Part shown: positions 19,748-30,772 of the stretch, in pieces
Numbering within the stretch: position 1 is the stretch's first letter
Layout of the letters: each line of letters opens with the position of its first letter
NCBI GenBank assembly: GCA_963737155.1
Contig: CAVTRN010000002.1
Coordinates: 2,016,001-2,080,000, forward strand
Direction: 5' to 3'
DNA length: 64,000 nt
DNA from: Nitrospirota bacterium
GTDB lineage: Bacteria > Nitrospirota > UBA9217
The notes under the pieces: generated by a model
The model's input: only the letters and a program-made list of their open reading frames with translations
Told to the model about the DNA's origin: nothing
Database searches by the model: none
Program-made: the position numbers and the translations under genes

Positions 19748-20973
19748 GGAGCGCTGCTCCCGTTCATGCCGGTCGTGGTAGGCTTAGTCGAAACGACAAC
19801 CGCAGCGTTATCCTGCAACTTATCAAAGCTGCTGTTGGCGACAACGTCTCCTGGGTTGATGCCTTCAACCTGCGTGACACCGCCGTCTGTAACTCCCGGC
19901 TTTATACTTCGTATATGAGCGATATTGTTTTGAATCACATATACAAACGATGCTTGCCCATTGTGCTGAATGGCTGATGCCGGAATCAGCGTCACTCCAT
20001 GCAATGTATTCACCAGCAGGCGCGTGTTTATAAATTGGTTCGGGAAGAGTGCATCATTATTGTTACCGAAGAGTGCTCGCCCTTTTACTGTCCCAGTCGT
20101 CGTGTCGATTTGGTTGTCGAGCGTTAACAGCTTCCCGCTTGCAATCTTCGTCTGCGCAGTGTGATCAAATGCATCGACGGTGAGCCTAGCCTTCTTGAGT
20201 AAGCGAGCTTCAACCTGGCCCAGACTGTCTTCCGGTATCGTGAAAATTACGGTGATGGGCTCCAACTGTGTAATGACTGCGAGAACTACGGTTCCAGCGG
20301 ACTGCACCACGTTGCCCGGATCCACCAGCCGTAAACCCACTCGGCCGTCAATTGGAGCAGTGATATGGCAGTAGTCGACCTGAATCTGGTCATATTGTAC
20401 CGTTCCCTGGTCGTTTTTTACCGTGCCCTCGTCCTGCAGTACAAGCTTTTCCTGGTCATCCAGGATTTGCTTTGCAATGGCGTTGCGTGACCATGCGACA
20501 CGGTAACGTTCAAGATCCATCTGTGCTTGGGCGAGCAGATTCTTGTCTCGTTCCAGTGCCCCTTGCGCTTGTAAAAGAATTGCGCGGTACGGACTCGAAT
20601 CGATGTCAATCAGTGGATCGCCCTTACGTACTCGCTGACCCTCCTCATAGTGCACGGCAATGACTAGGCCAGTCACTTGACTGGTAATCAAATCGGTATA
20701 GACCGGGGTGACTGTGCCGATTGCATTAAGGTAGACTCCGATATCACCCTTTTGAGCAGGTGCACTCGAAATGGTGATCCCTGGAGACTTCGCTTTTGGG
20801 GTGCCCTTGTGGTGGTGTAAGACCAGTACGAACGCAAGCGCAAATACCAGTAGCACCAGGCTCCATATGACGACTCGCACAATCTTACGTCGGGGACGTG
20901 CCGGAACGGGAGTCGGGAGTTGATGATCAGGGTTGATGGCTGATTGCTCGTTTATCTCGGGTGTCAATTGCAA
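19744..20973 (-). CDS. mdtA: RND periplasmic adaptor, MdtA-like
   Basis: N-terminal TM; ITAPIDGRVGLRLVDPGN; LDNQIDTTTGTVK; LFPNQFIN. Confidence 0.9.
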   Translation of the reverse strand: MQLTPEINEQSAINPDHQLPTPVPARPRRKIVRVVIWSLVLLVFALAFVLVLHHHKGTPKAKSPGITISSAPAQKGDIGVYLNAIGTVTPVYTDLITSQVTGLVIAVHYEEGQRVRKGDPLIDIDSSPYRAILLQAQGALERDKNLLAQAQMDLERYRVAWSRNAIAKQILDDQEKLVLQDEGTVKNDQGTVQYDQIQVDYCHITAPIDGRVGLRLVDPGNVVQSAGTVVLAVITQLEPITVIFTIPEDSLGQVEARLLKKARLTVDAFDHTAQTKIASGKLLTLDNQIDTTTGTVKGRALFGNNNDALFPNQFINTRLLVNTLHGVTLIPASAIQHNGQASFVYVIQNNIAHIRSIKPGVTDGGVTQVEGINPGDVVANSSFDKLQDNAAVVVSTKPTTTGMNGSSAP

Positions 20974-22150
20974 GCTCCTTTTTCAGTATCGAATCCCTCT
21001 CATAGCACTGCTCGTAAGCGACTCCGCAAGGTACAAAATCTCGGACTAGTCAGTCCCGGTCTCTTTAGGGAGCGGAACTTACCTAGCCTGAATTTCTCCG
21101 GTGCAGAATTCCCCTAAGTAATTACGGATTTTTCACCGCTGAGCTAAGCGGTCAATTGTATAGCGGCAATCCTTTCAACCACAGGACGGAGACAGAGCGG
21201 TTCATGAGTCCTGAGCGAGAATAATCAGCAGATGCCCACGCCGGTGAAATCTGACATCGGTCCCGGTAGAGTTTAGTTCTGATTCATTTGCGTCGCTTAC
21301 CGCCACGTTTTTGCTCGTAGGTCTAAAGTAGACCCTGTCGTCATCTGAATAAGGCCGTACAGGGCTTATTTGTCCACGGTGTCGGTATCCTATGGGCCTC
21401 TAAAGCTTCCATCTATCCACGACGAAAATAAATACTGCATTCCCGTGCCGCCGTTCTGAGACGATAGCACCACTCACGCATTGCTTGAACCTGCCGCCCA
21501 ACTGAATTTATGAGGCGTCACTGCTTTACTCTTCATCGGGTGATCATCAATTGATTTCCCCGTACACCACGTAGAACAAAGCCCGATAAAGAACAGACTC
21601 ATAATTGAATGATGTTCATCAGCAAGAAACTTGGCTCTTTCACATCTCAAATGGGTAAGTCGACCTTCTTGCAAGTCTAACTCACCTTTAAGCATGTAGA
21701 TGGTAATTTTAAAAGTTATTGAATTTACAGCATTTTCATACCATCGATTTTGCAAACTATAATTAAAGTATCTGAAAACACTGCCCTCTTAATTATGAAA
21801 AGAAACCAGAAACTTTATTCCCTGAAGAAAAAATTATCATTTAATAAATCATCTGTCAAGTTGCCCAGGAAAAGCGATAGAGAATTGCTAACGTCTTTTT
21901 TAACGAGACTAACAGGGGTTTTCGTCGAATTTGCCCCTTATGAACACACGGAGAAACCTCCTGGAGCGGCCCTCCCCTATCGCTCCACCTTGCGGCAACT
22001 TTTCTCCGTGAGTAGAGACAGAGCGCATATTGTAAAATATATTCAAACGCGCGTTTAAATATTTTGATACTCATATAAAGGGCACTAACTGAGTCAAACG
22101 GAGCGATGTAACACTGGCATTCTTGTAATAAGTGTTTTCCCCGTGGAGGT

Positions 22151-22261
22151 TCAGATGGTCCCACCACGATGCCGGTATTGTGCCCTTGACAATATCCTTG
22201 AAATGGATGGCCAAACGTACTTCACATGCGTGGAACCGATGTCGATGACTAGAATTCTCAT
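22151..22261 (-). pseudogene. 5' remnant of a ROK / polyphosphate glucokinase-like gene
   Basis: Manual translation MRILVIDIGSTHVKY (compare the DIGGT phosphate-1 motif), directly downstream of zwf, then similarity is lost. Confidence 0.55.
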
Positions 22262-22292
22262 GCTAACGGATATTGCGTACTATATCTAGTTA

Positions 22293-23848
22293 CTAATTCT
22301 TTCTCTTCTTCTCGCAATGCCCCACCAATTCGGCAGGCAACGGCCAACTGTGTCCTTGAGCGAGCAGACCCTGAGCTTCCTCCGGTCCCCAGGTGCCTGC
22401 GGCGTAATTAGGGAAATCACTGGGCGGAGCCGCCGCCCAGACTTCGAGTACTGGCATCAACAACCGCCAAGCGGCCTCCACCTGATCGGCGCGCATGAAC
22501 AAGGTAGCGTCATTCTTCATGATGTCCCAGAGCAACGTTTCATAAGCATCAGGCGATCTGGCCGGCGAAGGCGTCCTGGTAATTGAACTGCATCTCCACG
22601 GAGCGCAGGTGCATCTTTGGCCCGGGGTGTTTTGCCTGAAAGTGCAATACAATGCCTTCATCGGGCTGGATGGACATCACAAGTCGTGACGACTGCCAAT
22701 CGAGGGTGGCCTCAGACGGAAACGACTGATGCGGCACTCCGCGAAACTGGATCGTAATTTCAGAGGCCTGCCGGGTGAGCCGCTTCCCGGTGCGGAGGTA
22801 GAAGGGCACGCCCTGCCAGCGCCAGTTGTCGAGGAACATCTTGAGCGCAACAAAGGTCTCGGTCTGGGAATCAGGGGATACCCCATCTTCTTCGCGGTAA
22901 CCCGGAACTTTTTTACCTTTGATCCAACCCTGGCCGTATTGACCACGTACGACGCATTGATGGACGGCGTCTCGGTGAATCGGACGCACGGCATGGAGAA
23001 CGTCCACTTTCTTATTGCGAATCTCATCAGCCTCGAAGGAGACCATCGGTTCCATCGCAACGAGACAGAGCAGTTGCATCAGGTGATTCTGCACCATGTC
23101 GCGCAAGGGCTCCGGCGTTGTCGTAATAACCGCCTCGATGCTCTACGCCCACCTCTTCTGCCACGGTGATTGTCACGTAGTCAACGTAACGCCGGTTCCA
23201 AATCGGCTCGAACAGGGGATTGGCAAAGCGGAACGCTAGAATGTTCTGAACCGTTTCCTTACCCAAATAATGGTCGATTCGAAAGATTTGGGATTCTTCG
23301 AAATTGGCGGCAAGGATGGTATTCAGGGCGCGGGCGGATTCCAGATCATAGCCGATCGGCTTCTCGATCACAATTTGCGCCCATTCCCGGTCACGCGCTA
23401 GTCCAGCCTTGCCAAGATATTTTGGAATTTCACCGAACATACTAGGCGGTGTGGCCATGTAAAAGATACGGTGAGCTTTGACACCCCATTCCTTTTCCAG
23501 CTTCGTGCATTGTTCGTCCAGGGCCGTATAAGTTTGCAGCTTCTTGAAATCGCCCTGCCGGTAGCTGATATGCCTGGCAAAGTCGCTCCAGTCGCCGGTT
23601 TTCACTATTCTTTGGCGTGAAAACTTTTTGACTCCGTCATGGAGGCGCCGACGCAATTTATCGTCGCTCATATCAACGCGATCCACCGCGATAACCGAAA
23701 AATCAGCAGGCATACTCCGGTCCTGGGAAAGGTCAAACAATGCCGGCACGAGTTTCCGCCAGGTCAAGTCACCGGCTCCGCCAAAAATGACGAAAACTGT
23801 CGGTTCGAGTTGGTCGTTCGTCGGCATGATTTTCATTCTCTCTCCCAT
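22293..23848 (-). pseudogene. zwf: Glucose-6-phosphate dehydrogenase, two +1 frameshifts (possibly sequencing errors)
   Basis: [58 protein letters not shown] across three ORFs. Confidence 0.92.
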
Positions 23849-24130
23849 TCGGTATGAAATGTGCCCTTGGCATCGATCCGTTCATAGGTGTGGGCTCCGA
23901 AATAGTCGCGCTGGGCCTGGATGAGATAGGCTGGCAGCCAGGCGCTGCTATATATGCGTCGAGATAACCTAACGAAACCATCAACCCCGGAGCCGACACC
24001 CCTAACTTGGCCGCCTGGCACACCACCTTACGCACGTATTCCTGATGAGCCATGACCCGCTTCGACAGGTTTGGATTGAGCAACAAATTGGGCAGATTAT
24101 GCCTCGCTGGGGCGCCGTGTAGATATCTTC
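23833..24130 (-). pseudogene. gnd: 3' remnant of 6-phosphogluconate dehydrogenase
   Basis: [31 protein letters not shown] is the Gnd C-terminal signature. Confidence 0.85.
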
Positions 24131-24174
24131 CGGCCCGGCAACACAGCGCGGATGATGCATCCACATTGTGGGTC

Positions 24175-24278
24175 CCCACTTTTTCGAAACGCTCGTTACA
24201 GGTGGTGGTGCTCTCATCCATGGTCAGAAAGCCTTTGGCCGCGGCGACCATCTCCCCAGCTGTATCTTGTGAACTCAT
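24175..24278 (-). pseudogene. 5' remnant of class I fructose-bisphosphate aldolase
   Basis: DTAGEMVAAAKGFLTMDESTTTCNERFEKVG resembles KG(I/L)LA(A/M)DES..TC.KRF. Confidence 0.7.
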
Positions 24279-24363
24279 CTCTCATACCACTATAATTTTA
24301 TCAATTATTAATCGAAATTGCTCCATCCGAGTCTCAGGAATGCAGGCAAAGTATTTTCTTCTA

Positions 24364-24822
24364 TTAAGACTTTTTCTCTCTTTCCAATGCCGCAATTTTC
24401 GCAAGACGGCGCCTAAACCGTTCGTCCCCCTTGAAATCGGCATTCAGGAACGTCTGGACCAAATCCCAGGATAGAGCATACCCTGTGACCCGGCCACCCA
24501 GACACATAACGTTCATGTCATCGTCCTCTACTCCCTGATGAGCGGAGAAGGAATCCGTGATCAAGGCAGCACGTACGCCCATCACCTTGTTGGCCGCAAC
24601 GCAAGCTCCTACTCCGCTGCCGCAGATGGCCAGTCCTCGGGTAATCTCACCCCTCGCCAGCGCTCTGGCCAGGGGCACCACAAAATCCGGGTAGTCATCT
24701 CCTGGAACCATCTCGTGTGCTCCGAAGTCCGCAATCTCATGACCGGCAGCCTTGAGAGCCGCAGTTAGTTGCACTTTCAACTCAAACCCGCCATGATCAG
24801 CAGCTATACCAATGCGCATCAT
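24364..24822 (-). CDS. rpiB: RpiB/LacA/LacB sugar-phosphate isomerase
   Basis: [33 protein letters not shown]. Confidence 0.92.
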   Translation of the reverse strand: MMRIGIAADHGGFELKVQLTAALKAAGHEIADFGAHEMVPGDDYPDFVVPLARALARGEITRGLAICGSGVGACVAANKVMGVRAALITDSFSAHQGVEDDDMNVMCLGGRVTGYALSWDLVQTFLNADFKGDERFRRRLAKIAALEREKKS

Positions 24823-27224
24823 TTTTCCTCCACACTCAACCCTTTCTCTTTAGACCTTTCGTCCGTATTCCACTTCCAGTTCCGGATTTCCGGCATGTCC
24901 TGACCATGCTTGTCGATGTACTGCTTGTGCTCGATAAGCTTGTCCTGTACCATCTGTTTCAGGTAGGCCCCCTTAGCTCCCAGCTGCGGTAGCCGATCAA
25001 CCACGTCTTGCACCAGGTGGAACCGGTCCAGTTCGTTCTGCACCCTTATGTCAAAGGCCGTCGTGATCGTGCCCTCTTCCTTATAACCTCGGACGTGCAA
25101 GTTGCGATTGGTCCGGCGGTATGTCAGCCGGTGGACCAGCCAGGGGTATCCATGAAAGCCAAAGATGATGTGTTTGTCTTTCGTGAAGAGAGAGTCGTAA
25201 TCCTTGTCGCTCAGACCGTGCGGGTGCTCCGTGCTGGGCTGCAACTTCATGAGATCGACGACATTGATCACCCGAATTTTCAGATCGGGCAGTTGTTTGC
25301 GAAGGATGGAAACAGCGGCCAGAATCTCCAGCGTGGGTGTGTCTCCGCAACAGGCCATTACCACGTCCGGCTCGGCGCCTCTATCATTGCTGGCCCATTG
25401 CCAGATACCAATGCCTTCCGTGCAATGCACGACAGCTGCATCCATTGTCAGCCACTGAGGCAGCGCATGTTTTCCCGCAACCACCACGTTGACGTAATGC
25501 CGGCTTCGCAAGCAGTGATCTATGACCGACAACAGGCAGTTGGCATCGGGAGGTAGGTAAACGCGTACAATATCGGCCTTCTTGTTGGCGACGTGGTCGA
25601 GGAAGCCGGGATCCTGGTGCGTGAAGCCGTTGTGATCCTGCTGCCAGACGTGAGAGGCGAGCAGATAGTTCAGCGACGCGATCTTTCGGCGCCAGGGCAG
25701 TTCCGATGTTACCTTCAGCCACTTAGCGTGCTGGTTGAACATCGAATCAATTATATGAATAAACGCCTCGTAGCAGTTAAACAACCCGTGCCGACCGGTA
25801 AGCAGATAACCCTCCAACCAACCCTCGCATTGGTGCTCGCTGAGCATCGAGTCCAGCACACATCCGGCAGGCGCGAGGAATTCATCATTCTTTACTGCTC
25901 TGGCGTCCCACTGACGATTGGTTGCCTCAAAGACCGCACCCAGGAGATTCGAAAGAGTCTCATCGGGACCGAAGATACGGAAATTGCGCTGATCCTGATT
26001 CAGCTTGGCCACGTCACGCAGGAACTTGCCCAGCACGAACGTGTCCTGGCCGTCAACGGCGCCCGGCGAAGGCACATTCACCGCATGGACGTGGAAGTCC
26101 GGCATCCGCAGATCGCGTAACAGAATGCCGCCGTTGGTGTGCAGATTGGCGCCCATCCGCCGGTCGCCTTTAGGCGCCAGTTCGGCCAATTCCGGGAGGA
26201 GTCGGCCATCGTCATCGAACAGCTCCTCGGCCTTGTAGCTTTTCATCCAGCTTTCAAGTTGCTTGACATGATCGGGATGCTCGGAATCCACCAGGAGCGG
26301 CACCTGGTGCGCTCGGAAGGTGCCCTCGACTTGCAGGCCATCGATGACTTTCGGTCCCGTCCAACCCTTGGGTGACTTGAGGACGATCACTGGCCAGCGC
26401 GGCCGAGTGGCGTCGTTTTTGTTCCGTGCATTGCTTTGAAATTGCCGAATGTCCTCGATGGCCTTTTCCAAAGAGCTAGCCATGAGCTGATGCATCTTTT
26501 CAGGGTCATCTCCTTCAACAAAGTAGGGTGTCCACCCGCAGCCTCGTAGAAATTGATCCAATTCCTCATGCTCGATGCGGGCCAGGACGGTCGGGTTGCT
26601 GATCTTGTAGCCATTGAGGTGCAGGATCGGCAGCACGGCTCCGTCGGTAATTGGGTTGAGAAACTTGTTAGAGTGCCATGCGGTCGCCAAGGGGCCCGTT
26701 TCCGCCTCGCCGTCTCCGATGACGCATGCAACGATCAGATCGGGATTGTCGAACGCGGCCCCGAAGGCATGGCTGAGCGAATAGCCCAACTCGCCACCTT
26801 CGTGAATCGACCCCGGCGTCGAGGGCGCAACATGGCTGGAAATTCCTCCTGGAAACGAGAACTGCATGAACAGCTTTTTCAGCCCGGCTTCGTCCCGGCT
26901 AATGTTCGGATAAATCTCACTGTAGGTGCCTTCTAGGTAAGTATTGGCCACCAGAGCCGGGCCGCCGTGACCAGGACCAGCGATGTAGAACATATCCAAT
27001 TCATACTTCTTGATGATCCGGTTCAAATGCACATAGATAAAGTTCTGGCCCGGCGTCGTACCCCAGTGTCCAACCACCAGCGGTTTCACGTGAGACAGTT
27101 TCAGCGGCTGTTTCAGCAGCGGATTGTCGTAAAGATAAATCTGGCCAACCGACAGATAGTTCGCGGCCCGCCAGTAGGCGTCCATCTTGTGGAGCAGCTC
27201 CGGGGAAAGAGTTTTTTTCTCCAT
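24819..27224 (-). CDS. xfp: Phosphoketolase (Xu5P/F6P)
   Basis: [56 protein letters not shown]. Confidence 0.97.
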   Translation of the reverse strand: MEKKTLSPELLHKMDAYWRAANYLSVGQIYLYDNPLLKQPLKLSHVKPLVVGHWGTTPGQNFIYVHLNRIIKKYELDMFYIAGPGHGGPALVANTYLEGTYSEIYPNISRDEAGLKKLFMQFSFPGGISSHVAPSTPGSIHEGGELGYSLSHAFGAAFDNPDLIVACVIGDGEAETGPLATAWHSNKFLNPITDGAVLPILHLNGYKISNPTVLARIEHEELDQFLRGCGWTPYFVEGDDPEKMHQLMASSLEKAIEDIRQFQSNARNKNDATRPRWPVIVLKSPKGWTGPKVIDGLQVEGTFRAHQVPLLVDSEHPDHVKQLESWMKSYKAEELFDDDGRLLPELAELAPKGDRRMGANLHTNGGILLRDLRMPDFHVHAVNVPSPGAVDGQDTFVLGKFLRDVAKLNQDQRNFRIFGPDETLSNLLGAVFEATNRQWDARAVKNDEFLAPAGCVLDSMLSEHQCEGWLEGYLLTGRHGLFNCYEAFIHIIDSMFNQHAKWLKVTSELPWRRKIASLNYLLASHVWQQDHNGFTHQDPGFLDHVANKKADIVRVYLPPDANCLLSVIDHCLRSRHYVNVVVAGKHALPQWLTMDAAVVHCTEGIGIWQWASNDRGAEPDVVMACCGDTPTLEILAAVSILRKQLPDLKIRVINVVDLMKLQPSTEHPHGLSDKDYDSLFTKDKHIIFGFHGYPWLVHRLTYRRTNRNLHVRGYKEEGTITTAFDIRVQNELDRFHLVQDVVDRLPQLGAKGAYLKQMVQDKLIEHKQYIDKHGQDMPEIRNWKWNTDERSKEKGLSVEEK

Positions 27225-27241
27225 GGTTTAATTCTCCTTTT

Positions 27242-28252
27242 TTAACGTGCCATACTTGTTTCCTTCGGCGATGAACGACTTTCGGCCTGAGCGGCGCACA
27301 GGCATGCGCCGAAGATGAAAATACACCCAGAAAGGTAAATCCATAGCAGCAATGCCATGATTCCACCAAACGCCCCATAGACCGCGTTTAACGTGGCGAA
27401 GTTCTTAAGGTAGATCACGAATAGACTTTCGGCCGCTAGCAAGAGTGCCGTGGCGCACAGGGCGGCGCCCCAGACTTCGGCAAACCTGGCAGGCAAGCGC
27501 GGAGCCAGCTTGTAAAACAGGCTCAGACTGAGAAACACCACCAGCAAAGGGATGACAAAACTCACCAGGGCATAGACCCAGGAGCGGAAATCATGCACTG
27601 GAAAGAGCCAATACTTCGCCATTTTCGCCAGCACCGTCGCCGCTGTGCCCAGGAGGAATGCACCCATCGTGATACCGAGCAGCGCAAGGCTTTTCAGCGG
27701 CAGCCGCCACCAAGTGTACACCGCGGCGCCCCAGGCGCGGTTGGTCGCGTGGATGAGGGTGGTGAAACATTGAAGGGCGGCCCAGATCAGGATGAAAAAT
27801 GCGACCGCGCTCGCCTGCTGACGCGCTTTGATAACACCGCCGATGGCGTCAAAAATGTGAAGTTGCATCTCACCACTAATCGGAACGTAGCTTTTCATGA
27901 AGGCTATGACCACTTTCCCGGACTTTTCCCGGTCAATAAAGAACGAGACAACCGTGACGAGCAGGATCATCAAAGGAAACAACGAGAAGAATGCATGGAA
28001 GGCGAATGCTCCCGCCCACTGTGCTCCGTCAACCTGCAAAAACTTTTTTATGGCAAGAAAAAGTATCGCCCATCCCCTGCGAATTTTTTGGTCAAGTTGG
28101 CTTGGCATATTCATATGGCTCAGTCTTTCTTTGCCGCACGTCCTGCGTTTCACTGTCAAGCAAGTCACGCATATAAGAAAGCCCTTTCTCGCGTTTGCTT
28201 CAAGGCGAATGCTCCTTGGCAGCCGGTTCAGCGACCCAGTATCCTTGGCCAT
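27242..28252 (-). CDS. YihY/BrkB family membrane protein (true start probably downstream of 28252)
   Basis: AFAFHAFFSLFPL, LNAVYGAFGGIMALLLWIYLS..IFIFGA. Confidence 0.88.
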   Translation of the reverse strand: MAKDTGSLNRLPRSIRLEANARKGFLICVTCLTVKRRTCGKERLSHMNMPSQLDQKIRRGWAILFLAIKKFLQVDGAQWAGAFAFHAFFSLFPLMILLVTVVSFFIDREKSGKVVIAFMKSYVPISGEMQLHIFDAIGGVIKARQQASAVAFFILIWAALQCFTTLIHATNRAWGAAVYTWWRLPLKSLALLGITMGAFLLGTAATVLAKMAKYWLFPVHDFRSWVYALVSFVIPLLVVFLSLSLFYKLAPRLPARFAEVWGAALCATALLLAAESLFVIYLKNFATLNAVYGAFGGIMALLLWIYLSGCIFIFGACLCAAQAESRSSPKETSMAR

Positions 28253-28655
28253 TATAATGTCGATGAGTGCGGTCTCATAATCCCGAATTAGCAGAGACTC
28301 CTCTGACCTCGACAGGAAACTTGCCCTCCTGCCACCATCTCCACGCAGTACGATAGCTGATTCCTTGTTGCTTCGCCTATACGCTTAATTAATATGAATA
28401 TAATGTCATAAATGTCCATAATAGTTGACGATTAAGGCACAGTAAGCCATCCTTTAGTGTTTTGACTTTTTTTAAAATAGGATGCTCCTTTCGTTCTTTG
28501 AGTTTCGTGTTTGTTAGCTGTCGCCGCCCGACTAACAACGTGTTCGGGAAATCGGCTTCACCGCTATATGCACGGGTATCAACACTCCTATTGCGCAGGC
28601 GAGGCGGCTTCGCTCTGAGGGGACCGCGCACCGAAAACGGATCCGGCTGAAAGAT

Positions 28656-29888
28656 TTATTTCATCGCATGGTCCGAATTACTTTTTTCACCGGCCATGCC
28701 AAGGCTGAGGACGCGGCAAACCGTCTCGGCTATCATGCGTTCTTCGTCCGTGTGAATTACGCGAACAACGACTCGACCGGTATTCGCGGAAATCACGCCA
28801 TCATTCTCCATGTTTCGCTTTTTTTCTAGTTCAATCCCCAGAAATCCCAGCCCATCGCAAATCCGGGCACGGATCGTGGACGCATTCTCTCCTATGCCAC
28901 CAGCGAACACCAACGTGTCCAGTCCTCCCAACACCGCCGCAAATGCACCGATCCATTTCTTGATCTGGTAACAAAACAGCGCGACCGCTTCAGCCGCCCG
29001 TACATCCTGCATTTCGCGCTCCAGCAAGTCGCTCATGTCGGGACTGGTTTCGGATATTCCGAGCAGCCCGGACTTGAAATTTACCATCTCATTGAATTGC
29101 TTCGCGCTCATTTTTTCGGTGCGTGCCAGATACCAAACCAGTCCGGGATCGAGATCACCGGAGCGGGTGCTCATCGGCACTCCGGCTGACGGGGTGAAAC
29201 TCATGCTTGTGTCAACCGGTTTGCCGTTACGCACCGCCGCCAGGCTCGCACCATTGCCGAGGTGAGCGAGGATGACTCGGCTTTGTGTCGTGGCCGATCC
29301 GTCCAGGCGGGCCAGTTCGTCCATGAGGAACGAGTATGATAAGCCGTGAAAGCCGTACCGCCGCACTCCCTGCGCTTCGTAGCGGCGCGGAATCGGCAAC
29401 AATCGGGCCAAGCGCGGCAGGTCATGGTGAAAAGCGGTGTCGAAACACGCCACTTGGGGCAGGTCAGGAAATCGGCGATGAAACGCCTCGGTCAACAGGA
29501 TCTCCTCCGGCAGATGCTCGGGATCAAACGGACTGAGCCGGTGCAGCTCCTCAACCATTTCCGCAGTGATGCGCTCCGGCTTGCTATACTTCGGTCCGCC
29601 ATGCACCACACGATGCCCGACCGCGGTCAATGCGTCACGCCCGCTGCGTTTCTCGATCCAGTCCATCAAAGCGCCCACCGCCACGGTGTGATCCGGCGCC
29701 GACACTAAACGCGAAAAATTGTCCGCCTGGTTCAAACCTTTCACCCGCAAGGTGGCCTCCGGCAGTCCAATCCGCTCAATCCCGCCCTCCAGAATCCGTT
29801 GGAGCGAGTCACCGGCCTCGAACAGTGCGAACTTGATGCTCGACGAACCGCCATTGACCGTCAGAATGCACGGGTTAGCTGGTTTCAT
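28656..29888 (-). CDS. ackA: Acetate kinase
   Basis: NGGSSSIKF, GHRVVHGG, FDTAFH, RRYGFHGLSY, AHLGNGAS, FAGGIGEN, TDEE. Confidence 0.96.
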   Translation of the reverse strand: MKPANPCILTVNGGSSSIKFALFEAGDSLQRILEGGIERIGLPEATLRVKGLNQADNFSRLVSAPDHTVAVGALMDWIEKRSGRDALTAVGHRVVHGGPKYSKPERITAEMVEELHRLSPFDPEHLPEEILLTEAFHRRFPDLPQVACFDTAFHHDLPRLARLLPIPRRYEAQGVRRYGFHGLSYSFLMDELARLDGSATTQSRVILAHLGNGASLAAVRNGKPVDTSMSFTPSAGVPMSTRSGDLDPGLVWYLARTEKMSAKQFNEMVNFKSGLLGISETSPDMSDLLEREMQDVRAAEAVALFCYQIKKWIGAFAAVLGGLDTLVFAGGIGENASTIRARICDGLGFLGIELEKKRNMENDGVISANTGRVVVRVIHTDEERMIAETVCRVLSLGMAGEKSNSDHAMK

Positions 29889-30460
29889 GGATAACTCCTT
29901 CGTTATTCTGCAATCCGAACGAAGTCAGTTCCGCGCACGTTGACCGGTAATCCGTGTGAAGAATGCTTCGAATCCCCAAACCTTCCCCGATCTGGACGAA
30001 CATCGAAGTGTTTCCGATATAGACTATTTGCCCGGCTGGCGTCTGGGCTATGTCCAGCGCAAGCTGAAAGATATCCTCGTCGGGCTTCCGCAAGTGGACA
30101 AGGGGGGAGATAATGAAAAAATCCACGAATGCATCATGCTTGGACTTTCGAATCCGGTACATATTAAGCTCCCTTTGCTTCGTTTCTGACCACGACAAGC
30201 TTCAGCTATAACGTCTTAATCCGGCGGACCAACTCGACCATCTCGTGGTATGTTTTCGATTGGGTGAACATGAAGCGCCGAAGCTGAGCCTGCTGAACGG
30301 TTGCTTTTGGTGAAAACCACCAGACTTAATTATATTTCCAGCGTGATCTTTCCCTCCTCGTAAGCTTCGAAGGTCAGTTGATGCTGAGCCTCCATTTCGG
30401 CCAACACCATCTTGAAGTTTTTCGCCGCCCGTTTGCAGGCATGATGGTCCCGTCCGTCGG
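29875..30460 (-). pseudogene. HAD-family phosphatase, decayed and 5'-deleted
   Basis: Fragments HQLTFEAYEEGKITLE, RKPDEDIFQLALDIAQ..IVYIGNTSMFV with several shifts and stops; the catalytic DD motif is altered. Confidence 0.7.
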
Positions 30461-30469
30461 TGCCGCCGC

Positions 30470-30772
30470 GGGATAATTGACTTTCCCCTCGCTCTTGGAG
30501 ATTGAAATCTCGATATCCTGGCGGCCAAGCAGACCCTGCTCAACCAACTGATCGGGACTCACCAGGAGTGGATTACCCTCAAAGGCAAACAGTGACTGGT
30601 AAGGCGAATCTTCTTCTCCTGTTGGTCCGATGGGAATCATTTGCCAGCAACGCTGTCCACTCTTGACCATGATTTCCGCAAAAACAGTTGCCGCAGGCCC
30701 CAGATCGCCACCGGGATAGGGGTTGGAAAGGGAGGTTGGATGGAGCAGTATCCCTGATGCTGGTTGATTCAT
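30470..30772 (-). pseudogene. malQ: 5' remnant of 4-alpha-glucanotransferase
   Basis: SGILLHPTSL...GDLGP...WQMIPIGPTG..DSPYQS..AFEGNPLLVSP; truncated after about 100 aa. Confidence 0.85.

Noticed and set aside
21000-22150. Short ORFs between zwf and mdtA
   Set aside because: No recognisable motifs or good RBS, and they overlap on both strands; left unannotated.
28490-28620. GTTAG...CTAAC segment as a possible attC array
   Set aside because: No complete attC palindrome could be built.
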